The translations under genes were made by a program, and so were the position numbers. From a virus, in IMG/VR virus record IMGVR_UViG_3300035188_001379, positions 64,001-128,000 of that record: a stretch of DNA of 64,000 bases; one strand, written 5' to 3'. Positions within the stretch are counted from its first letter, which is position 1. Every line of letters begins with the position of its first letter. Below the pieces are notes generated by a model. It was given only the letters and a program-made list of their open reading frames with translations, was not told the DNA's origin and searched no databases. Shown here in pieces: positions 35,718-47,855 of the stretch.

Positions 35718-36841
35718 GCCTACCTAAACTATTTAAAAAAACTGCAACAGGAGCTACCCAAGAGTGGCAAATCTTCTTCGAAAACGGAGAGTACTACACT
35801 GTGAGTGGTCAAACAGATGGTAAAAAGATTACTAACACACCTACGAAATGTAAGGGCAAAAACATCGGTAAGAAGAATGAGACTACTGCTGACCAGCAAG
35901 CAGAGCTCGAGTCCCGAGCCAAATGGCAAAAGAAAGTTGACGAAGGTTATGTCGAGGATGTGGCTGCTCTTAACGCTGGTAACTCTCTTAGGCTGGATCC
36001 TATGCTTGCAAAAGATTATGCTGACTATGAAGACAAGCTAGAGTTCCCTGTATACAGCCAGCCTAAACTTGACGGGCTGCGCTGTATTGTTACGAGAGAA
36101 GGCGTGTTCAGCAGACAATGGAAACCCTTTGCTACATTGCAGCATATTAGAGAGGCAGTGCAACCGTTGTTTGACAGCTACCCTGACTTGCTTGCCTTTG
36201 ACGGTGAGATGTACTCGCACGAGCTCAAAGATAAGTTTGAGGAAATTGTGAGCATTGTTAAGCAGCCAAAAGCAAGCCCTGCAGACATTGAGAAGTGTAA
36301 AAAATCTGTACAGTATCATGTGTACGATATAATCACAAAAGGAAATGATCCGTTCATGCGGAGACGCTCGGATTATAATCTTCTTGTACGTGCAGCTAAT
36401 AGTCCATATATCACCGCAGTAACTACGCTTTGTGCAGACGATCAAAAAGATTTAGACAAGCATTACCATTCGTATATGTCTGAAGGCTACGAGGGGCAGA
36501 TGATTCGCTCCTGGAATAGCCTGTATCAGCACAAACGCACGAAAGACCTCCTCAAGAGGAAGGACTTTCACGAAGGCGAATACGAGATCATGGGATTCAA
36601 AGAAGGTAAAGGTAGTCGTGAAGGCTGCATTATCCTACGCCTAGGTATGCCTGACGGCAAAGAGTTTGACTCTGTGCCTGTGGGCGGTATCGAGTATCAG
36701 AGAAGACTATGGACTCGCCGAGAAGATATTCTGGGTATGCAGGCAACTGTAAAATATCAGAATCTCAGCAGTGACGGAATCCCTAGGTTCAACAATACGA
36801 TAAAGATCAGAACAAGAAACCTTGAAGAAGTACTTATTTAA
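35714..36841 (+). CDS. ATP-dependent DNA ligase
   Basis: PMLA, motif I QPKLDGLR, FDGEMY, YHVYD, EGQMIR, LLKRK, OB domain ending GIPRF. Confidence 0.92.
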   Translation: MSLPKLFKKTATGATQEWQIFFENGEYYTVSGQTDGKKITNTPTKCKGKNIGKKNETTADQQAELESRAKWQKKVDEGYVEDVAALNAGNSLRLDPMLAKDYADYEDKLEFPVYSQPKLDGLRCIVTREGVFSRQWKPFATLQHIREAVQPLFDSYPDLLAFDGEMYSHELKDKFEEIVSIVKQPKASPADIEKCKKSVQYHVYDIITKGNDPFMRRRSDYNLLVRAANSPYITAVTTLCADDQKDLDKHYHSYMSEGYEGQMIRSWNSLYQHKRTKDLLKRKDFHEGEYEIMGFKEGKGSREGCIILRLGMPDGKEFDSVPVGGIEYQRRLWTRREDILGMQATVKYQNLSSDGIPRFNNTIKIRTRNLEEVLI

Positions 36842-36844
36842 ACT

Positions 36845-37391
36845 ATGGAAAAAGAATATTTTGTCCGCAGACTGACAGAGAAAGGGAAGCTCAAGACACC
36901 AAGATATAAAAGCGGAGAGCCTGTAGCTCCTTGGAGAACGTTTCAAACAGAAAAAGAAGCGTTTGATTTCATTAAAGAATACGAGATAGATAATGTGATT
37001 GTTTTTTCAAAAATTAGACAACTGCAGGTAAGCTCACAGCAAACAAACTAGCCTTATGCTTTACCGTAAAAAGCCTGTTGTAGTCGAGGCACATCAGTGG
37101 TTCAAGAACGGGGACCATCCAGAAGATCAGTCTACTTTGATACTGCCTCCTAATTGTCAAATCCCTCACTTGAGTGAGGGTAAAGTAGTGAGGTATTTCA
37201 GAGATCCAAATATAGATGGACATTATGAATGCTCTCACTGTGGTAAATTGGTTCATCACCATGGCTGGATAGATACCCTCGAAGCAGGGCATCGTGTCTG
37301 CCCTGGAGACTATATCATCACCGGAGTCAAAGGTGAGCGATATCCTTGTAAGCCTGATATCTTTGAAGAGACCTACGAAAAAGCAGAATAA
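36845..37391 (+). CDS. Two hypothetical CDSs (36845-37051, 37056-37391)
   Basis: The second has the common phage pattern YRKKPVVVEA.QW...GDYII.GVKGE.YPCKPDIF. Confidence 0.65.
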
Positions 37392-37402
37392 TACAAAAAA
37401 AA

Positions 37403-38191
37403 ATGAACAAGCAAGAAATTCAAAAAAATATTGAAAACGTCCTCGATTATTGGACCAGGACGTTGCCTCCTACTTTGGCGGCTGTAGTTAAAAGAAATGT
37501 GATTGTTAGTGGAGGCTGTATCGCCTCTATGCTCTTGAAGGAACCTGTAAAAGATTATGATCTTTATTTTAAAGATGTTCACACGGCTCTTGAGCTTGCG
37601 AAATACTATACTAGTAAATTAGGAGTTAATACCGCCTGCGTCATAGATGGTAAGGTAGTTTTAAATGAGGCTGTAGTAAGTATGGGTAGGCATATGCCCA
37701 TATCTAGCCAGGCATTTTCTCCAGTATATCTTTCTCGCAATGCGATCACACTGTCTGGAGGTATACAGCTTATTCTTCGCTTCTGTGGAAGTGTGGAAAA
37801 AATACTAGAAACCTTCGATTTTGCTCACACCAAAAGCTATTTTACTTTTGATACAGGCTTGCGGCTTGATCAAGAGGGGCTCGAAAGTTTGCTAAGCAAA
37901 GAGCTTGTCTATGTAGGTAGCGGCTTCCCTGTGTGTGCGCTTTTTAGAGCTCACAAGTTTATGCGGCGTAAGTGGAAATTGCGCCCTTCTGAGCTCATGA
38001 AAATTGTATATGACATTGCGCAGCTAGACGTGACTGACCCTCTTGTAATCAAAGAGCAGCTGGGAGGATATTATGGTCAGAGCATTGCTAAGCAGATGAA
38101 CATCCCAGGCAAACTCAATCGAGAAGTGTTCTTTGCTATTGCTGAGGGCTATGCTCCAAAGAATCCTGAGAGCGTAGGTAACTACATGTAG
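37403..38191 (+). CDS. Pol-beta-superfamily nucleotidyltransferase-like protein
   Basis: VSGGCIASML...KDYDLYF (GG + DxD), later FDF.H. Confidence 0.65.
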   Translation: MNKQEIQKNIENVLDYWTRTLPPTLAAVVKRNVIVSGGCIASMLLKEPVKDYDLYFKDVHTALELAKYYTSKLGVNTACVIDGKVVLNEAVVSMGRHMPISSQAFSPVYLSRNAITLSGGIQLILRFCGSVEKILETFDFAHTKSYFTFDTGLRLDQEGLESLLSKELVYVGSGFPVCALFRAHKFMRRKWKLRPSELMKIVYDIAQLDVTDPLVIKEQLGGYYGQSIAKQMNIPGKLNREVFFAIAEGYAPKNPESVGNYM

Positions 38192-38192
38192 T

Positions 38193-38814
38193 ATGATAGA
38201 GTGGCCGAAGGTGGGAAGCAGGGTAACGTTCAAACGCGTTACCCTGCATTGGTATAACGACATAGTGCAAAATGCTCGGGAGTTACTAGAACCTGAAAAA
38301 GAGTATACGCTTTCTAAGGTTACACCTTACAGTAGCTGGTGTGCTGTAGAGCTAGAAGAGCTCCCAGGTAAAAAATTCTCTCTAGGGTTTTTCGATTATC
38401 CTAGAGAGGTAGACTTGAAAAATAAAAATGACTGAAGAAGAAATTAACGAAACAATCGCCGAACATTGCGGGAAGAAAATAATTTCTCTTCCTTTTATTC
38501 CAAAAAAAATAACGGTAGATGATAATACTGTTTTTACAAGAGCAGCACAACAGCAATGGTATTCAGTTTATCCTACAGGAGCCACAGTCGATAGGGTGCC
38601 TAATTATTGCAAAGATTTAAACGCAATGCACGAGGCTGAAAAGACGCTAGATTACGAGCAGGCTGATGACTTTTGGGACTGCTTGTGTGATGCAACTGCC
38701 GAAGAAAACGATGTGCAAGCAAATCCGTTCCCGTGGAGGTTTGCGCGCACACATGCAACAGCCCGCCAACGCGCAGAGGCATTTTTGAGGACGTTGGATA
38801 AATGGGAGAAGTAA
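38193..38814 (+). CDS. Two hypothetical CDSs (38193-38435, 38428-38814)
   Basis: The second has the PNYCKDLNAMHEAEK...ATARQRAEAFL phage pattern. Confidence 0.6.
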
Positions 38815-39155
38815 ATATGCGAACGCTTAAATTCAGAGTGTACATCCCAGAGCATGGAAAATTCACTTATTTTGGAATAAACGGGTTTGACCACTCGGAC
38901 CGCTATCTAGATCAAACGGGTTATCCGGTACAGCAATTCATAGAGCTATACGACGTACACGGTAAAGAAATATATGAAGGGGATATCCTAAAGAGAAAAG
39001 GAAATTACTACATCTATGTTGTGGTATATTCACCAGAGTACTCCTGCTATCAGCTAAAGGACCTCGACGGAGACTATGTAAGTGTGGCCTACCATAAAGA
39101 TAAGCTCGAAGTGATCGGTAACATTTGCGAGCATCCAGAAATACTAAAGGTTTAA
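38802..39155 (+). CDS. YopX-family protein
   Basis: KFR...QF.EL.D..GKEIYEGDIL...EVIGNI.E.PE. Confidence 0.85.
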   Translation: MGEVNMRTLKFRVYIPEHGKFTYFGINGFDHSDRYLDQTGYPVQQFIELYDVHGKEIYEGDILKRKGNYYIYVVVYSPEYSCYQLKDLDGDYVSVAYHKDKLEVIGNICEHPEILKV

Positions 39156-39156
39156 A

Positions 39157-40060
39157 ATGAAATCAAAGAAGCCCACGCTGGAAGAAAAAGTTCAGATGTA
39201 TGAAAGCTTCCTGCATAGTTTGAACATGTATATGCTCTGTGGTAGTAATTACGCAATAAGTATGTTGCTACAAAACGCAGACGCTTGGAGCTATGCTCAT
39301 CGTTGTGGAGACGGTGAGCTCTCTGAGCAAGAGATTGAGAAAAACGTAAACAAAAAATTCTGGAAGCTTCTCGATATCCCAGACACAAAAAACAAATAAT
39401 ATGTCCGACATCCTTGAACCTCTTTTTGCATCGTTTATCGGTGCCGTCGCAGGCCTGTTTTTGGGTTTACTGATACAGGCTGATAAGTGCAGAGAAATTC
39501 AGCGTGAAGCCATTGATGCGGGGGCGGCTCGTTACGATGTAGATCATAACGGCAAAAGTACCTTCGTATGGAACAATGGTATGCGCTCAACCTACCAACA
39601 ACACTAGTAAATATGACAACATCTATAACAACAACTACAAAGCAAGAATGGTTCGTAGAAGTCGCTGAAGGACTAGACCGGAAGGAAGTCTGGTGTGACA
39701 CCTATTACGAAACAGAAGGTGAGGCTCTTCATGTGGCGAGAAAGCTTCAAAAAAACATCACTAACAACTATACGCTGATTACTGTAGTTGCCAGAGAGGT
39801 AACCACTACACTAAGAGAAGTCGAAGTGCTTGCTGTAACTCACGATGAAGAATGAAGTAATCGAAAATACGATGATGGAAGCATCAAAGATATATGACGC
39901 TTTTGTCACTGCGGTCGCCCTTCCAGGCATATTCAATAAAGTCGCAATTCAGCTGGTGATTAACACATTGCAGCGAGACCTGGAAAAACATTACAGCGAG
40001 GACACGCCAGAGAAGGCGGTCATGGTTCAATACGTACAATATTTAGAAACTTTAAAATGA
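39157..40060 (+). CDS. Four small hypothetical CDSs (39157-39399, 39401-39607, 39613-39855, 39845-40060)
   Basis: Tightly packed ORFs; 39401 has a TM helix; 39613 is family A-like. Confidence 0.55.
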
Positions 40061-40455
40061 TCACACTAGCAACATTAGAAACTGCAACAGCTCAAGAACT
40101 CTTTGACCAGGTTGCAAAACACCTGATGACACAGAAAACTAGAAGTAATCTAGAGGATGGTGTATGCGCCTATCGTGGGAATGGAGGGTTAATGTGTGCT
40201 GCAGGGTGTCTCATTAGTGATGAAGAAGCAGAGCTGCTTAATCTCGCAAACGAGACCATTAATACTCTCCCCTGGAGCTGCTTGATAAGTAGAGGTATAG
40301 CTCCTGATAAGCATAGAAGTTTGATATCAGCGCTGCAGGCTATACACGACAGCGCGGACGAAAATCCGAAAGAAGCCTGGGCAGATGAACTCAGAGCATT
40401 AGCTGGGCGATTAGGTCTCAGCTATAAAGTCGTCGACGAAGCATATGCTTGTTGA
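40057..40455 (+). CDS. Accessory family C paralog 1
   Basis: TAQELFDQV..HL.TQ...C.Y....GL.CAAGCLISDEE, shared with 44274-44654. Confidence 0.75.
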   Translation: MITLATLETATAQELFDQVAKHLMTQKTRSNLEDGVCAYRGNGGLMCAAGCLISDEEAELLNLANETINTLPWSCLISRGIAPDKHRSLISALQAIHDSADENPKEAWADELRALAGRLGLSYKVVDEAYAC

Positions 40456-40934
40456 GGTTGTTCCGCTGCAGACTCATCTGCAAGAGAGGCTAGATGAGGC
40501 TATGCATGAAATCGTAGGATCTTTATGTATAGCCTATATAGGAAAAACAGTCAGCCGTAAAGACGACCCCAGTTACCGAATTGTGGTAGATGATGTGACC
40601 ATGGATGTGTACGTAGATAAGCTTCTGCATACCACGCAAAAGATCACTTTCTGGGAGAATGATAAAAAACAATCACAAAGGACTATTGTGGTAGGAGAAC
40701 TCGCAGACCTAGCAAACATCAACGACCATGGACGAGGAGAGAATCCCAAAGGAAGGACTAGAAATTCTAGCTAGCCTCAAAAGCTATCTAGAAGATCAAA
40801 AACAGATCAAAGAAGAGCTGGCACACATAAAGAGACCATTTAGTGTGCCAGATATCTGGCGACAGTATCTCAGTGGAGCCTATAACGCAGAGCTGCTACT
40901 GCAGCACTGTCTAGTACACCTACATATAAACTAA
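40445..40934 (+). CDS. Two hypothetical CDSs (40445-40774, 40728-40934)
   Basis: Coupled in-strand ORFs. Confidence 0.5.
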
Positions 40935-41473
40935 TGAAAACAATAACACTAGAGGAAGCTTTCAGGCTTCTGCAAGATAAGACAGACGCAATAATCCTTG
41001 GTGATGGTACATTACTCTACCCAGCTTTAGCTGACTTAACAGGAGAGGACGAGAACCAGTTCATGTATTTGTCTTGGCAAGATGAGCTGGGAGGCGACTA
41101 TGCACTCAAGTTCTGCGAGGGAGATAATAGAGCCGTAACTGTGGTAGGCTCGAGCATGTTTCTTTATGATACAGACGCAGAAGAAGACGCAGACCATACA
41201 CAGATAAACCTACTAAGAACCGTGCAGCTTGAAGAAATCCTAGTTAAAGGTGCCCGCAAATCGGTCAAGATGAGTGACGAGTACAAGAAATGGTTGACAG
41301 AGGATGAAATTAAACCTGGGCAAGTGTGGAAAGCTTGCGATGGTAGCGGACACAAAGTGCAGGTAATTGCTTGTGAGAATAACTCTGTAGAATACTTCTG
41401 GAAAGAAAACAACAGAACAAAGAAGCACAGTAAGAGCGTATTCAGCTTCCAAGTGCGGTACTACCTAGAATAA
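40934..41473 (+). CDS. Accessory family D paralog 1 with C-terminal extension
   Basis: MKTITL..A..LL...F..L...KF.E.DN.AV, shared with 46079-46384. Confidence 0.65.
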   Translation: MKTITLEEAFRLLQDKTDAIILGDGTLLYPALADLTGEDENQFMYLSWQDELGGDYALKFCEGDNRAVTVVGSSMFLYDTDAEEDADHTQINLLRTVQLEEILVKGARKSVKMSDEYKKWLTEDEIKPGQVWKACDGSGHKVQVIACENNSVEYFWKENNRTKKHSKSVFSFQVRYYLE

Positions 41474-41476
41474 CTT

Positions 41477-42066
41477 ATGAAAAAAACCAAAATTAATTTT
41501 ATTAGTCCAGATATAGTTGACGAAGACGGTAACACATACACTATAGCTATAGATGGAAGCGGTATAGATTGGCGCACCCCAGAGATCATGCGCGCGATAT
41601 ATCAAGACAAGAAACTTCTAAAAAAATACCTAGCGACCCAGCGAGCGAAAGCAAAGTTATGAAATATTTTCCACCATCAAAATCAGGCTTTCATAGTTTA
41701 AGGATAAACTTCGTAGACGAAAACAATCTAGTGGTCGGATTTGATTTCGCGTCAAATTGCTGCGAAGATTTTGGCTGGCTCATCAGTGAAGAACTCGCGC
41801 CGCCAGCTGAGTGTGTGGCAGGGCTTGATGACACCGCCCCTGTGGATCATGTAAATAAAGAGTTAGAAGGTTGGGTATTTGACCCAAAATTCTATCTTGA
41901 TCTAGCTGAAGATAGAAAATACGAGCAAGAGCATTACGCTGTATTTAGAATGTTTAACAAAAACCAGAGCCGTTACCTACATCTGTACAACAAGCACAAC
42001 GGCTATTACAGTCATGGTTTTGAGTTCATGGACGGTGATAGAACTATCGAACAAGGGTCGCTATAA
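41477..42066 (+). CDS. Two hypothetical CDSs (41477-41662, 41659-42066)
   Basis: The second has the CCE.FG...HNGYYSHG pattern. Confidence 0.6.
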
Positions 42067-42069
42067 TAT

Positions 42070-42288
42070 ATGCAAATTGAACCTTGTCCTTTTTGTGCTA
42101 GCAAAACATTGTTTTTGCAAACCAGTACTGAAGATCGTGAAGGCGTACCATGTAACATTTTTTGTGACTCTTGTGGAGCAACAGGACCTACAGAGTACGT
42201 ACCTTCCGCCGAGATTGAGGAGTGTTATGCGAATGACACTTTCCCTCCTATAACTGTAAAACTATGGAACAAGCGAGCTAACTTATGA
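42070..42288 (+). CDS. Lar-like (restriction alleviation) Zn-finger protein
   Basis: EPCPFC...C.SCGATGP...WNKR. Confidence 0.65.
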   Translation: MQIEPCPFCASKTLFLQTSTEDREGVPCNIFCDSCGATGPTEYVPSAEIEECYANDTFPPITVKLWNKRANL

Positions 42289-42617
42289 CTAAACTATATA
42301 AAGCAAAAATTTGGACGATTGTCGAAGCCGAATCTTTGAAACAGCTTAAGAAAAGTTTTCAAATCGATCAAAAAGCTTTCGACGAAAGCTCTATAACCGA
42401 ACTTAAAGGTGTTGAAGATATACCAAAAGGGATAAGCCCAGAATCCTACGTCTCCACATATACAGGTTGGGGTGATCTAGAGATGTCTGGATTAACTATT
42501 GAAGAATGGTTTGAAGAAAATAGCACTGAAAGACGCAAGCAACAAAAAGAAGAAGAGCTTAAAGAGCTAGAAAAAGAAATAGCGAAAGTCAGAAAAGAAC
42601 TAGCGAGCCTAAAGTAA
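42285..42617 (+). CDS. Accessory family B paralog (distant copy)
   Basis: MTKLYKA...SITEL..VEDIPKG...ELEKEI. Confidence 0.6.
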   Translation: MTKLYKAKIWTIVEAESLKQLKKSFQIDQKAFDESSITELKGVEDIPKGISPESYVSTYTGWGDLEMSGLTIEEWFEENSTERRKQQKEEELKELEKEIAKVRKELASLK

Positions 42618-42642
42618 ACAGAAACAACCAGAAATTAATATT

Positions 42643-44287
42643 ATGCCCAAAGTATATTCAGTTTGGTATAGCAACAAAAAAGACGGATCGTGCTTGTATG
42701 CAAACAACATCGCTAAGCTAGAAACAGCGAAGCAAGATCTTAAAGATATTTTAACAAAACCTGGAGTATCGAAAGCTTGGATTAAGCTCTATGAAGAATC
42801 GACTGTAGAAGAAGCTTTCCCTGTGGTAGACCCTATGCAGAATATAGCCGATATGGATGAGCGCGAAGCGAAAGAAGCTCTGTTCCAGCTGCAAGTGCTA
42901 GTTAAGGCTATCCTAAATGTGCTGCCTAAGAGGCTTATCCCAAATAATGCGATAGCTAGTATTCCTGCAGTTATAAATGATTTTGTCTGTGAATCAGCAG
43001 ACCATATTATCGTAGTGGACCAGCTTGAAGAAGATGTTGGCATACTCAACAAAGAGATTGCTCTACTAGAACAAAGAGAAGCGAGACTTAGAAAAGTGCT
43101 CAGTAAAATTGCCGAAAATCTAGGTAACGGCAGCGCTATTTCTCAAGAGGCCAGCTTTGAGTTTATTGAGCAGATTCCTGATGAGATAAAGCTCGTAATA
43201 AAAAGACTATCTTCAGCGATACAAAAAGCTGAAAAAGAGAGTGAGCATTTCAAAAAAATTATTACAGATTTAAAAGATGCCGCCAAATAGTATAACTCAG
43301 GACGACCTCGAGGATATCGAGGTGCTATATTCTAACCACGCTAAGAGACGATACTGGTGCCATGATACGTGGGTACCTGCAGGCTATTCGGTTGCAATAA
43401 TTCCCAACGAGTTAGTCGAAAAGATATTAAGTCCTGAAAAACCTAGCATAGAAAGCCTGGCCGACAAACTTGAAAAAGAGTACGAAAGAGGTTATGAGGC
43501 TGGGCTAGATGCAGCTTACTATTCAGCGCAACACAGGAAAGACTGACCGGCTAAAAAACATGCACGACGACGCATCGCTAACTAACGTTCTTCTCGAAAA
43601 AGAAAGGGACGCTTGGCGCAATTGCGCTGACAATCTAGTAGACTATGCTCGAGAATTCGTAGCTAACCTAGAAACTTGGGGCAAAGGCTATGGAAGATAC
43701 GACAGAGAAATGCAAGAGGCCAAAAGCGCTATTTTAAAATACGTTGAGTTGACAGAAAAAGCAAAAAATGGAGCAACCTCCCAAACCAAAGCGAATAAAA
43801 ATTAAAATGTCTGGCTCTACAGGAATAGAATTAGGGGTAGTACTGGCTATGATCATTAGTTATGTACACAATAAATCCATATTGTGGGCCTTACTTCACG
43901 GGCTACTAGGGTGGATTTATGTCATATACACAGCAGTCAAAAACTGAAAATAAAATGAACGACAAAGAAAAAAACGACAAACTTGCAGAGTGGCTGTTAG
44001 AGCTTAAAAACATCAAATCAGATATACAGGGGCTTGTAAAAGAACTAGACAAGATCAAAGAAGCTGCAGTAACTCCTGAGGCAAACGCGCTTCAAAAAGA
44101 AATGGTGAGTTTCATCTCTAGTCTCAATGACGCCCAAGCAGCCAGTGTGCAGCCAGACCCGTCTAGATTAGAGATTGCTGCAAAATTTTATACTGCAGAA
44201 TGGTGTGATACTCCTGAAACTGCACTAGAGCATGCAGACAAACTTATTGCAGCACATCTTAGAACTAGAGAATATGGTAACACTTAA
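42643..44287 (+). CDS. Cluster of hypothetical CDSs (42643-43290, 43277-43546, 43560-43805, 43768-43947, 43955-44287)
   Basis: Coiled-coil-rich ORFs; 43768-43947 is a 59-aa two-TM peptide (GVVLAMIISY...SILWALLHGLLGWIYVIY) missed by the ORF track. Confidence 0.6.
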
Positions 44288-44654
44288 AACGCTAGATACA
44301 GCCTCAGCTCAAGAGGTATTCGACCAGATCACTGAGCACCTATTGACTCAGCAGAAAAGAAGTGTAGCTGGGCCTGGCTGTATGTACAAAACGACAGACG
44401 GGTTGAGATGTGCTGCAGGTTGCCTCATTTCAGATGAAGAATATCGTGAAGAAATGGAGGGATATGATTGGCGAGGTATTCTCGACACATTCAGCATAGC
44501 AAACAATCACATGGCTTTGATTGTTTCCATGCAGCGACTACACGACGACCGTCCTGTAGATGACTGGAGAGCAGAACTCGCAATTGTGGCAAGTATGTTT
44601 CAGCTGAACACAAAAGTGCTAAAGCAATTTGACAGAGACGAAACTTGCGCATGA
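44274..44654 (+). CDS. Accessory family C paralog 2
   Basis: MVTLKTLDTASAQEVFDQ...CAAGCLISDEE. Confidence 0.75.
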   Translation: MVTLKTLDTASAQEVFDQITEHLLTQQKRSVAGPGCMYKTTDGLRCAAGCLISDEEYREEMEGYDWRGILDTFSIANNHMALIVSMQRLHDDRPVDDWRAELAIVASMFQLNTKVLKQFDRDETCA

Positions 44655-46071
44655 AACATAAAATAACTAAGCAGGACTATTACTACGAGTGTGGTGATGG
44701 CTGCTGTAGCTGGAACGCTACAAGATGGTATCTCAACGAGGTCGAGGTGTATGACGGTATGTGTGAAGACACCGCTTTCCTTGAGCTGTTAAAGGCTCTA
44801 GGTATACAAGCCACTATGTCTGGACTTGATGAGACCGACGAAGAGTTGTGGGAACTATCAAACTACGCAGAAACTGAAAAACCCGAAGAATAATTATGTC
44901 TGACGAAACTAGAAATACCTCGCTAGCTATATGCCCTCACTGCGGTAAAGAATTTGAGGATAGCTGGGAGCTTTGCCAAAAGGACGAAGACGTCTACGAG
45001 TATGATTGTGATCGGTGCGAAAAACCGTTCACGGTACAAGCACACGTAAGCGTAACCTACACTACAACTAAAATAGAAAAATAATGAAAAAAGCGCTGTT
45101 TAACAGTAAAGAGGAGCATTGGGCTTGGGTGTGGAAAAACTACATCAGCCTCTTTGGCACGATTGATGAAGAAGGTCGCTGGGAAGAGACGAGTATTTGG
45201 GAAGATGAGGATTTACCCAAACTAGAAACTTTCTTTAAGTGGCAAAAAGATATGCGTAATTTCGGGCATAGTATGCCTCCTGAAGTAAGAGAAAGCTTCG
45301 ATCACTATATGCTAGTGCACGAAGCGGCAGGAGATAAAAGAGATAGAAAAGACTTGTGCAGTGAAATGGAGCAAACTCAGTTAGTGGAGGTTCTAGGGTT
45401 TTCTCCGTACGAACAAGATCCAGACTATGAGTATATCCATGACTGGAGATATTCTGCAGACAATATCCCTGAGCTTAACAAAGATTACGGTATCAGCTAC
45501 CCTTGCATCATGGTATACCACCTTGAGGTTACCTGGGATCGTGCAGGTACAGCTGTGCTCGCTATCGTAGACTTCGTGTCATTAACAGAATTCAGCGAAG
45601 CAACAAAGAACCAGTAAAATGAAAACCATAAGATACGCTATTGAGTGTAAGGAATATGTGTCAGCACATGCTTGGTATCGCTACGGCAGCTATGATACTC
45701 TAGAGGAAGCTGAGGCTGTTATGAGTAAAAAGCTGCACGAGACTGCTAATGTGCATGCAGTTCGTGTGCTTGAGGTTACGATGGAATCTGTTGAAATACG
45801 TAAACAGACAAAACAAAGACCTATCGACCCTAAACTTCTCGAGGATATCTTGAGTCAAGATCCTCTATTCACAGATGGTAGCGATTATGTTTGGAGACTT
45901 AGCTATGTGAATGCCCCAAACAAGGTATTTAAGTTAATACGCAAAGAAGGAGAAATGATCGTTGACTTTGAGAATGCGTATCTTGATGGAGGCGATTGGC
46001 TAACTGTTAGCGATCGTTTTGGAAATACGCGCAGCTTCCTTGTGTATACAAAAGAAAAATTTACCGAATAA
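44645..46071 (+). CDS. Four hypothetical CDSs (44645-44893, 44896-45084, 45084-45617, 45619-46071)
   Basis: 44896 is a CPHC...CDRC Zn-ribbon; 45619 has a family A-like N-terminus. Confidence 0.6.
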
Positions 46072-46078
46072 CAATAAC

Positions 46079-46384
46079 ATGAAAACTATTACACTTAAAA
46101 AAGCATACAGCCTACTAGCAAAAGCAAAATTTGTAAGTATCGACGGAGAGCAAGAAAAACAGCCGCCTCTATTATCAAGGTTGTTTAATGAGGAAGACAA
46201 TCGGTTTCTCTGGCTTAACAGCGGAGAGTCTGGAACAAAATGGATTAAGTTTTACGAAAAAGATAACAAGGCCGTGGAATTATCTGCTGACCGTAAAACC
46301 CTGACTATGACAGGTATTCAAAATCAGGTTAGTAAAAAAGTAAATTTAACTTTGCTGTCAGCTAGTGATGCTAGAAGTTTATAA
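46079..46384 (+). CDS. Accessory family D paralog 2
   Basis: MKTITLKKAYSLL...IKFYEKDNKAV. Confidence 0.65.
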   Translation: MKTITLKKAYSLLAKAKFVSIDGEQEKQPPLLSRLFNEEDNRFLWLNSGESGTKWIKFYEKDNKAVELSADRKTLTMTGIQNQVSKKVNLTLLSASDARSL

Positions 46385-46394
46385 TCTCTAAAAC

Positions 46395-47853
46395 ATGTCA
46401 ACACGTTCGCTAATCGCAATCAAGAATGATGATGAAACATACGATGCTGTGTATTGTCATTTTGACGGGTACCCTGAAGCTCCTGGTGTAGGACATAAGC
46501 TTAAACAACATTACACCTCTGAAGAGCAAATACGAGAACTGCTTGCCGCGGGAAACATGAGTTCTCTGGGAGAGGACATTAAAAAATGTGAGTTTTACTC
46601 TAGTCGAGGTATGCCAGTTACTTTTTATAAAAACCTAACTAGCGAGCAGCTAAAAGAGAGAGCCCAAAATAGCTGGTGTGAGTACATACACATCTTCGAA
46701 GACAAAAAGTGGACTCACATAGAACTGTAATTGTATGAAATCATCTGACAAGGCATTAATCGAAGCCCTCAACATTCTAGTAGAGGATATCGACTCTATC
46801 GACGGTGTCGCTAACGCGGTCATCGCAGAAGCAGCTATGCGCCTCATAGAGCTTACAAAAGGTATCGAAGAAGTACTCGAAGATCTTCGACATCTTGCTG
46901 ACGGAGATAACTGTACTCTAATTAAGCTTAAAAAACTCGTAAACAAAAAATGAAAAAAAGCATTAAAACACTTATAGATGAATGGGTAGACGCATACCAT
47001 TCAGATGAAGAAATACTATTAGCTGAACAATTTGAAGAGGCGTTCATCGGGATAGCCTACCAATTTGATAAAGCTATTGCTGTGTTTGATAGAGCTAAGT
47101 GCATCGAAATTCTTATGAGAGACATGACTCATGAGGAGGCTGAAGAATACTTCCAATTTAATGTAGAAGGCGCTTATGTGGGGCCTAATACTCCAGCCTT
47201 CCTGCAAAAATTTGAGCCAGATACTGAATGACCAAAGTACAACAAGGCCTTTGTGCAGCCATAAGCACATATACTAAAGTTAAAAAAGCCACAGTCACTC
47301 AGGTTGTAGAAGATTACTTGAAAGAAGAGGGCTGCGAATCTCCTATAATTACCGTTGCACTAAACCAAATTGATTTTGAGTTTACTGTAGGTGTATCGCA
47401 GCACACGATACCTCTAGGGGAGATGATGTTCTTCAAGTATCTCGAAAAATCTAGCCTGTTCGCAGATATGATAAATATGCTTAGAGACCAGGTAGAAGCT
47501 GTGGCTTTCTACTCTGGCGGAGCATTGCTCGTGGCTCGTATTGTTCCAGAGTATAACGGCACTGGAGGTATCTTTGTAAAAAGAAATAAAGATTCTATTG
47601 TAGGCTACGTCATTGAGCCAATACAGCATTATCTGGCAGATAACCATCCAATCCACAGAGAAGAATGAAGTTCAACTTACTCTACAATTCAGCAGAATTT
47701 TTAATCGGTATGATAAGAGAGAACTGCAATAATGCTGACGACTTATCGAAGATAGCTCTGGCTGTGGAGAGTATGCTTGAAGATTTACAAGAACCCTCAC
47801 AGCCCGCAACGCTAAAGCAGCTACTCATCCAGGTTGAAGAAAACGTGGAATAA
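46395..47853 (+). CDS. Five hypothetical CDSs (46395-46730, 46735-46953, 46950-47231, 47228-47668, 47665-47853)
   Basis: 46395 has MSTRS.I...Y.HFDGYP; 46950 has F..A.IG...EEA.EYF.FN..GAYVG..TP.F, both common phage patterns. Confidence 0.65.
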
Positions 47854-47855
47854 TT

